Assembly: GCF_026571515.1 (NCBI RefSeq)
Contig: NW_026864532.1
Span: forward strand, 434,001-489,210
Origin: Ruditapes philippinarum
Taxonomy: Eukaryota
DNA: 55,210 nucleotides
Direction of reading: 5' to 3'
The notes beneath the pieces were generated by a model, which did no database searches, was not told where the DNA came from, and worked only from the letters and a program-made list of their open reading frames with translations. Position numbers and translations under genes: made by a program. This document shows, piece by piece, positions 49,001-55,210 of this stretch (positions are counted from its first letter, which is position 1; each line of letters begins with the position of its first letter).

Positions 49001-52000
49001 ATTCCTCTGAATTTGAGCCTTGGCCCATAGCCTCTGTGCTTTCCAGCCTGGAACCGTCTTGTCTGTCTGAATTATGAAGACTGGTCCCCCCTTCAGATTT
49101 AAGAAGTCTGGTACCCTCATTGCTATTTGCTTGCCGACTAGTTTCATCTCTATCATGTACAGAAGGGGAACCAGGCACACTGTTTGCTGGAGATTCCATG
49201 GAGGAAACAGGAGAGTGGCAAGGGGAGTTAATAAGTGGAGAATTTGTTTTGGCCGAGCATGGACTGAAATGAGAAAACAGAACATGAACTGAATGAAAAA
49301 TCTGACATCTTTGTACTTATCCTTGAATATAAAATAACATTGTAAGAATGTTTCGTTTTTTGGGTTTTTTATTGGGTTTAACATCACACCAATGAAGAAT
49401 AGATTACATAGCAACTTTCCAGCTTTACTGGTGGAGGAACACCTAGGGTGCCCCTCTTTACATTATTTCAGGCACAAGCGGGGACCTGAGTAGAACGACT
49501 GACATTCCTGAAGTTAGCTTGATAGCTTCCTCACATGAAGAATCTGAGACACAAGTGGGGCTCAAACCTACAGTAGTTAGAGACAATTGGTTTATGTTCC
49601 CTTTTAACCATAGAGCCGATTTTGACAAAAATTATTAGTTAAAAAGGGGCATAACTATAAAATATAGCTTTCAGAATTATGCCCCTTATCTAACAACTGC
49701 ACCTTTTCATAAGCAAGCAAGTAGTTGATAACTTTTGTTAATGTTTGAATAATGGAATACATATGACCACGACAAGGACTATGCAGTGATCATAATAATT
49801 TGACTTTTTCTTTGAAACAGGTGAGCTAAATAAGTAAGTAAGTATTGACACAAAAATCCAAGGACACTGATTCAGCAATTTTTCATCAGTATATTAATAT
49901 ATTTCACATACAAACGGGAAAGAATATCAGCAAACAAAATATAACGTACCTGAGAGCAGCAGCAGCCTGGTAAGCTATTTCATGATGAGATGGACTATTG
50001 GGAGATAAATTACACATGTCCCCTGAAAAAATATAGTAAAACTCTCTTTATGAATACAATATACAATGTACTACACATGTCACCAAAAAAATTATAGTAA
50101 AACTCTTTCTTTGAATACAGTGTAACTTAAAATAATAATTTAATAGACAACATTAGCTTTTTCTGACAATATGACAACATTAGAATGTGCAAAATCATTT
50201 TGTTGAAACACTCTGTACAATGACCTGTTCCATTACTCTTCAACTTTAAAATAAAATTTTATGTCTAGCATAACATTTTAATCAAATACCTGCCTCTGAC
50301 AACTTGGTTCATCCTTACATAGAAATTTTATCAGTAAGAAACTTATTGTTTCTTTCCACCACAGGAGGATATACATTATAAAGTGAAGTTAATAATTCAA
50401 AATTCTGTTTAATTTCTACACAAAATTTCAGCTTTTCTGCAAGTACCTAATATTTGTATTATTATCTTAATAACAATTTTAAAATTGAAACCTTATGTTA
50501 ATATAATGACCAATCAGATATACTTTTATCAAATGGTTTACGAGGGTTTTTTTTTGTACAAGCTTCTACCCCGTATTAAATCATAAGATATGAACCTGCT
50601 CTGTTTTGTATTTTTAAAGAGTTTAATTTTTACCCTTAGACTGATAGCGGCTACAGAATCTACCCATGCCACTAGTGCAGATCAAGATCAGCTGGCATAT
50701 TCCTGCTGTCTGATCATTGTATTTATGGCTATTCAGTCAGTACATATATTGAAATTTTCCCTAAAAATGATGAATGGTTTTGTCCAAATCAAAAGATAGA
50801 CAAGTCCATTCAGCTAGAAAAGTGGTAATACGAGAATAACATTATCAACAATATCTAAATCCTGGAGGCTAAGCATCCAACACAAACAGTAAAGATCCTG
50901 GTCAGACTGAACATGTCTACAAGCTGGTATAACAGTGGTATTATAGAGGCATAGTTATAGATAAAATTCAGATAGTAAAAAATTCACTATCAGTATTTAA
51001 CCTTCAACCTATTGAATATATTAAATTGGACTTGTCAAACTGTTCATCATCAATTTTAGAGATTTAAAAGTTAATAAGCCAACAGTATATATAGCTTAAG
51101 GCCTGACTGCACTGATGAACAGGATCGCCAGGCTTTATACAGGTCACAATGATATATAATATATTTTTGGTTCCAGCAGGGAAATGGTTAAAGCAAGAGT
51201 CTTACCATTTATAGGTGACTGTGAGAAATATGGGGTGTATACATTTGAGAAGTGGCTGACCAACATATGTCTGGTCTATCACAGCATCTTCATCTGAAAC
51301 AACAATAATCAAATCCTCGTTGAATAACCGTATAAAGTATTTTGTTTTGTTTGTCAAACACAACACTTTAAACTGACCCCATTGTCAGAGGTTTTGACAC
51401 AAAGGGACTGGAAATATTTTTTTTAGATTTGTGAACTATTTGATGTAGTCATGGACAAATAACTGTGTGAAAACTAGTGACATCATATTTTCAAATACTG
51501 TTTAAAAAGTACCTAAAAAGTACCTTACTTCACTGTACAATTTATTGAATAAAAGAGTGAATAAACGACAAATTTCTTTTTGGCAATTTTAACAAAAAAG
51601 TCGTACCTCCTGAGTTTGGTAATCGCTGTACAACAGGTACATTGGCTAATACAGGTGGGCGGGGACTAGTACATGCATCGGTCATCTCTACTGGCCTTTG
51701 CATCGCATTCTCGAAGAACAACGTAAAGAAGTTACTCTGTCGTATGTGCTCGGGTAAGTTGGATAGTGATGATACATACTGGCTAAGTACTTCCTGGTTC
51801 TCGATTCTATGGTTCTGCGTACCTGTGATTCAAAGAAATTTTTTTTCCACCATATACCATAAATGAGTGTTAACAGATTCAAATGAAATTATATAAATAA
51901 TGCAAGGCCAGCTACGTCAATACATAAAAAGTCAACGTGATTTAACAATTGTAAATGCTTACAATGCTTGTTTTAAATATAATATTTTATTCATGTTGCT

Positions 52001-53888
52001 CAGATGTAATGTATTTCTGTTGGAATTTCTATTCATCTATGATAAATGCTCTTTTTGCACATCTGAATACAATCTCTCTACTGTGAAATAACAGATACAT
52101 TTTACTGGGAAATTATCAATATACAGTCGGCATCGTACTTGCGTCCACCTTTATTAAGCGACTTTTTTATTAAGCGGCCGCATAAAATCCCTCCCGATGA
52201 TTTTTACTATTTAATTTAATTTCATTAAACGACTATTTTATATCGCGGCCAGCGGCCACTGAATGTCGGCCCAAATGTACAAAATTAAGTGTGTTAAAGT
52301 ATCTATTAAAAACGGCCGTGACAAACTATCGTCCCTGCGGGCATTCTCACCTGTGTAATTAGCGAGTAGGTTAGATGTGTACAAGCAAACAAACAAATAT
52401 TTTTCATGGTCAATGGTCACAAATAATTTGTCGTTTAAAAACGAAATGAATAACAATTGCAATTGTTTCAAAATCGATTTTCCGATCGTAATATTTATTG
52501 TGACATATATTGTCAGAGCAATAACGTATCACAACACCGCATTTGCATAGTTTTGTCATGTGCTCAGCAGTGACCTCCCTTATCGAAAATGACGTCGGAT
52601 CGAGCGAAAAAAAGACAGACAACTAATAAGACCGGATAAATTTTATGAGGAAATCGTGCATGAAATTGAGTCTGAGTAAATAGCAAATGTCATCGATTGT
52701 AGTCGAAATAAAATCGTGAAACGTAGTGGACTAAACATTACAGAACCGAGCCTTTCATTGCTGATGGTGTAGGTGCTCATCTGAAAACTTTATAAAATAC
52801 ATGTAGTATCCCAATAAATATGACCCTTCGACAAAAAAAGACAAAAAATCCTAGATCTCTAAAAAATCTTATTGAATTTGAAATCGGGGTTAGTGTGAAA
52901 ACTAATTATTAAAAAATTAAGAAGTTTATTAAAAAATTAAGAAGTTTAAAACTCATTGCATAAAAAAATTATCTGGAGTGGCTCTTGCTGATGATTGTAA
53001 AGTATGTTCAGCAGGAGATGTGTATGAACATATTAAAAATATAAGACAACATGCTTTGTTTCATGGTCAAAATGACCTGTTGACAGTATTTATGAGCGTA
53101 GATCACATTTGTACACAAATTTCTACTAAAAAACAAAAACATAACAATATTGATGACTATTTTTAAAAAAAGGCATATTAAAATGTAATTATAAACTGTT
53201 TATACATACATAATATTGTATAGTTTTTTGTTTTTATAAAAAAGATGTTATTATATCTATGACTTGTAATAAAATGTCTCGAATGTTCCAGAATTCTATT
53301 GAGAGACCACTTTTTGGCAGTCCCTTGAGTGGCCTCTTAATACAATGTCGACTGTATAATTAAAGGCAATATTTTAGTACTCTATTTAAAGACATGTATT
53401 ACTTAACACAAGTCTAATAATATCATACATGTGTCAAAGAAATCTGTAATTTCAGAAACCAGTTCAAATTGCTATATTTATAACAAGACCTGTCAGCAGG
53501 AGAGTAAGCTAGACTATTCTTCAAGAGCTGATAGTTAAAACAAGAGGCCTGAATATGTAGAATTTCTAAGATCAAAAAAAGGCACATAATTCTGTCAAAA
53601 TCCATGTTAGAGTTCTGGGCCTTGGAAAGTGACCTCCTATTATGATCTCAAATAAGTGTGTGAAGTTTCAACCAATTCCCTTCAGTAGTTTTCTAGATAC
53701 GAACACGCACACAAAACTTAACCAAAGTGTGACTCCATTGTCGATACCTAGGTGACTACAGTACGATACCTCTCTCTTTTTGTCAAATAGTCAGGCTAAA
53801 CTGGTTTATAAAAGCTTAACTTACCTTTAAGTATTGGCAGCTTTATAGTTTCTTCATGAGACAGTCTATCTTCAAATGTACTTATCAA
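46028..53888 (-). CDS. ZCCHC14: ZCCHC14/ZCCHC2-like zinc finger CCHC protein, 3' portion (5' exons lie beyond the window)
   Basis: Exons on minus: 53888-53825, 51822-51607, [51293-51206 and/or 50022-49950], 49263-48924, 48595-48504, 48199-47862, 47617-46430, 46071-46028. PX-like (LISTF...LPIL; YVSSLSNLPEHIRQSNFFTLFF), SAM-like (VTNLLKFNNLANHAEKFLGYTLEQVQSMRIEDIARMDV), CSNCGCPGH, and C-terminal knuckle CHNCGSVKHTAGDC (CX2CX4HX4C). Probably co-orthologous to ZCCHC2 and ZCCHC14. Confidence 0.78.
46118..46220. repeat. Minisatellite, ~16-19-bp unit (TTTGAGTTACCAGTATAA), 6 copies
   Basis: Direct inspection; lies in the last ZCCHC14-like intron. Confidence 0.8.
46430..47617 (-). CDS. ZCCHC14: ZCCHC14-like large penultimate exon with CCHC knuckle
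   Basis: Within track ORF 46380..47630; acceptor ttttcag| at 47618 and donor |gtatag at 46429. Confidence 0.88.
47862..48199 (-). CDS. ZCCHC14: ZCCHC14-like Pro/Ser-rich exon
   Basis: Overlaps track ORF 47755..48180; phase 2 in, phase 1 out. Confidence 0.85.
48504..48595 (-). CDS. ZCCHC14: ZCCHC14-like exon (C-terminal half of SAM)
   Basis: VQSMRIEDIARMDVPKHDISAIRAVVLEKL(R). Confidence 0.82.
48924..49263 (-). CDS. ZCCHC14: ZCCHC14-like exon (SP-rich region plus N-terminal half of SAM)
   Basis: Overlaps track ORF 48894..49199; phase 2 in, phase 0 out. Confidence 0.85.
49371..49595 (-). mobile_element. tRNA-derived SINE (family A), antisense and degenerate
   Basis: CTTTCCAGCTTTACTGGTGGAGGAA is the reverse complement of the family-A 3' body. 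Confidence 0.75.
49950..50022 (-). CDS. ZCCHC14: ZCCHC14-like 73-nt exon (phase 1 to 2)
   Basis: ttttttcag| (G)DMCNLSPNSPSHHEIAYQAAAAL(S) |gtacg. Confidence 0.7.
51001..51187. mobile_element. Degenerate piggyBac-like MITE
   Basis: TTAA|CCTT ... ATGG|TTAA; loosely related remnants at ~50625-50830, ~20171-20345 and ~23450-23610. Confidence 0.45.
51206..51293 (-). CDS. ZCCHC14: ZCCHC14-like 88-nt exon (phase 1 to 2 as assembled)
   Basis: gtttcag| and |gtaag; reads (D)EDAVIDQTYVGQPLLKCIHPIFLTVTYK in the incoming frame. Confidence 0.6.
51607..51822 (-). CDS. ZCCHC14: ZCCHC14-like exon (PX-like C-terminal helix)
   Basis: (G)TQNHRIENQEVLSQYVSSLSNLPEHIRQSNFFTLFFENAMQRPVEMTDACTSPRPPVLANVPVVQRLPNSG. 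Confidence 0.8.
52124..53354 (+). mobile_element. Internally deleted pogo/Tigger-like Tc1/mariner transposon
   Basis: TA|CAGTCGGCATCGTA ... TACAATGTCGACTG|TA; remnant ORF 52978-53166 ends in KKQKHNNIDDYF*, like pogo transposase C-termini. Confidence 0.75.
53825..53888 (-). CDS. ZCCHC14: ZCCHC14-like exon (middle of the PX-like region)
   Basis: atttcag| LISTFEDRLSHEETIKLPILK(G) |gtaagt. Confidence 0.75.
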
Positions 53889-55210
53889 CTGAAATATTTA
53901 AATATGTCAGTCAGTCAGTATGTCAGTAACAACTTTATTGAACGAGGCAACATTACTGGGCTACCACAGTCTTTGCTATGAGCATCAGGGAAACACATAA
54001 AAGAAACATGATACTCGAATGCCATGAGTGAAAATAATTTTCAAAAGTATTCAGCTTTAATATAATAAAAGCCCTGTACTTTTTGTTTATCAATGTTTAA
54101 CTTTTTATACATATCTAAAGCATTTTTCCCTTTATTTTTTTTTTCCCTTTCTGCTCATATGCGGAAACATGTGGGTTTTTCCTCAATTAAGGGTTTTAAC
54201 TACCGTATTCTGGGGGCCATTTTGTGAGGGAGTATTGAAAAGATTAAATGCAAATAAAACTGTATTTCCCCTTTTTTCTTTTTATTATTTTTCCGTAATA
54301 AAATTTTGTAATTGCTTTAAATTGGGAAAGCATAAAAATTTGAATTTTCGTTTAAATGAATTTTTTTCAAAGGGGGAAACCCCTCCCCTTTTTTTGAAAT
54401 GACTGGGAGGAAATTTTTCCGAAAATTTTTGACCATTAGATTAAGTCGAACAGTGTTAGGTTGCAAATTTTAAAATATTCATTCCCCCCACCTGTTTTTC
54501 CCCAGAATAAATCTTCATTCTATAAGTACAAAATGACCTGAAAATGAAAAGTGTTGCAACGCTTTTCACTCAAATCATGCCAAGAATTGAACTAACAAAA
54601 TCAAGTTTAGTTTTGCGTACATTTGATAATAGAAGCTTGCCAAGCTTGATAAATAAGAGATTTGCATCAATTTTAATTACGATCACAAAAAGCAAGAGAG
54701 GACAAAAAATCATTATCTACTCAAGTTAAAGAAGGTATTCAGCATATTATGAAAGAGAGATTTTCCAATGACCTTTGCCTTAATCAAACTAACATATGAA
54801 ATTTAATTTATTTTCATTGAATATTTTTAATTTCTTTTACAATATGAAAAATCACACTGAAACCCATCGTTCATTGTACTAGGTCTGATTGTTTTTTTTT
54901 AATTATGGAAATCCCATTACAGCTTATTACAATTTCAGCACAGTAGAAATCTATGCACATCTAGATATATATATCTCTCTACCCAAAAAAAACAAAAACA
55001 ACATGACATATGATAATGTATGGCATACAAATCATGTCTTAACATTATACCTCAGCAAACTTGCAGATTTAAGCAATGGAAAAAAACCTCATAAATAAAC
55101 AACCGTTGCACTGAGCACGATACCAATTTTTATTAAAAACACCACATATTTTTAAGAAAAAATTTTTGATAATACTTTTTTTTTTTCTATTAATGTTAAG
55201 GAAAAAAAAG

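Noticed and set aside
50290-50446. Additional ZCCHC14-like exon that might repair the phase conflict
   Set aside because: The candidate AG/GT pairs I tried give stop codons or do not change the phase.

Overview
AT-rich eukaryotic genomic DNA, not prokaryotic. It has spliceosomal GT-AG introns, and the repeat landscape suggests a bivalve mollusc, possibly a venerid clam (inference). Genes: UQCC2 on the minus strand (single coding exon plus a 5'UTR intron); two tandem, coding-intronless genes for secreted PSI-like/class-3 lipases inside a ~3.3-3.4 kb duplication whose junction is a SINE; a complete 8-exon NOB1 on the plus strand (469 aa); and the 3' part of a ZCCHC14/ZCCHC2-like gene on the minus strand (PX-like, SAM and CCHC knuckle) running off the right edge, with two phase-identical exons that cannot both be included in frame. 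The rest is dense with non-autonomous mobile elements: Helentron-type elements carrying ~150-167 bp satellite arrays, tRNA-derived SINEs, hAT/MULE/pogo/ISL2EU/Sola/Kolobok-like MITEs (several with intact TSDs), a decayed Penelope-like element, and a 144-bp tRNA-containing solo LTR (Helenus-like). No CRISPR, rRNA or bona fide tRNA gene is supported. All coordinates were counted by hand and family assignments are from memory, without database searches.
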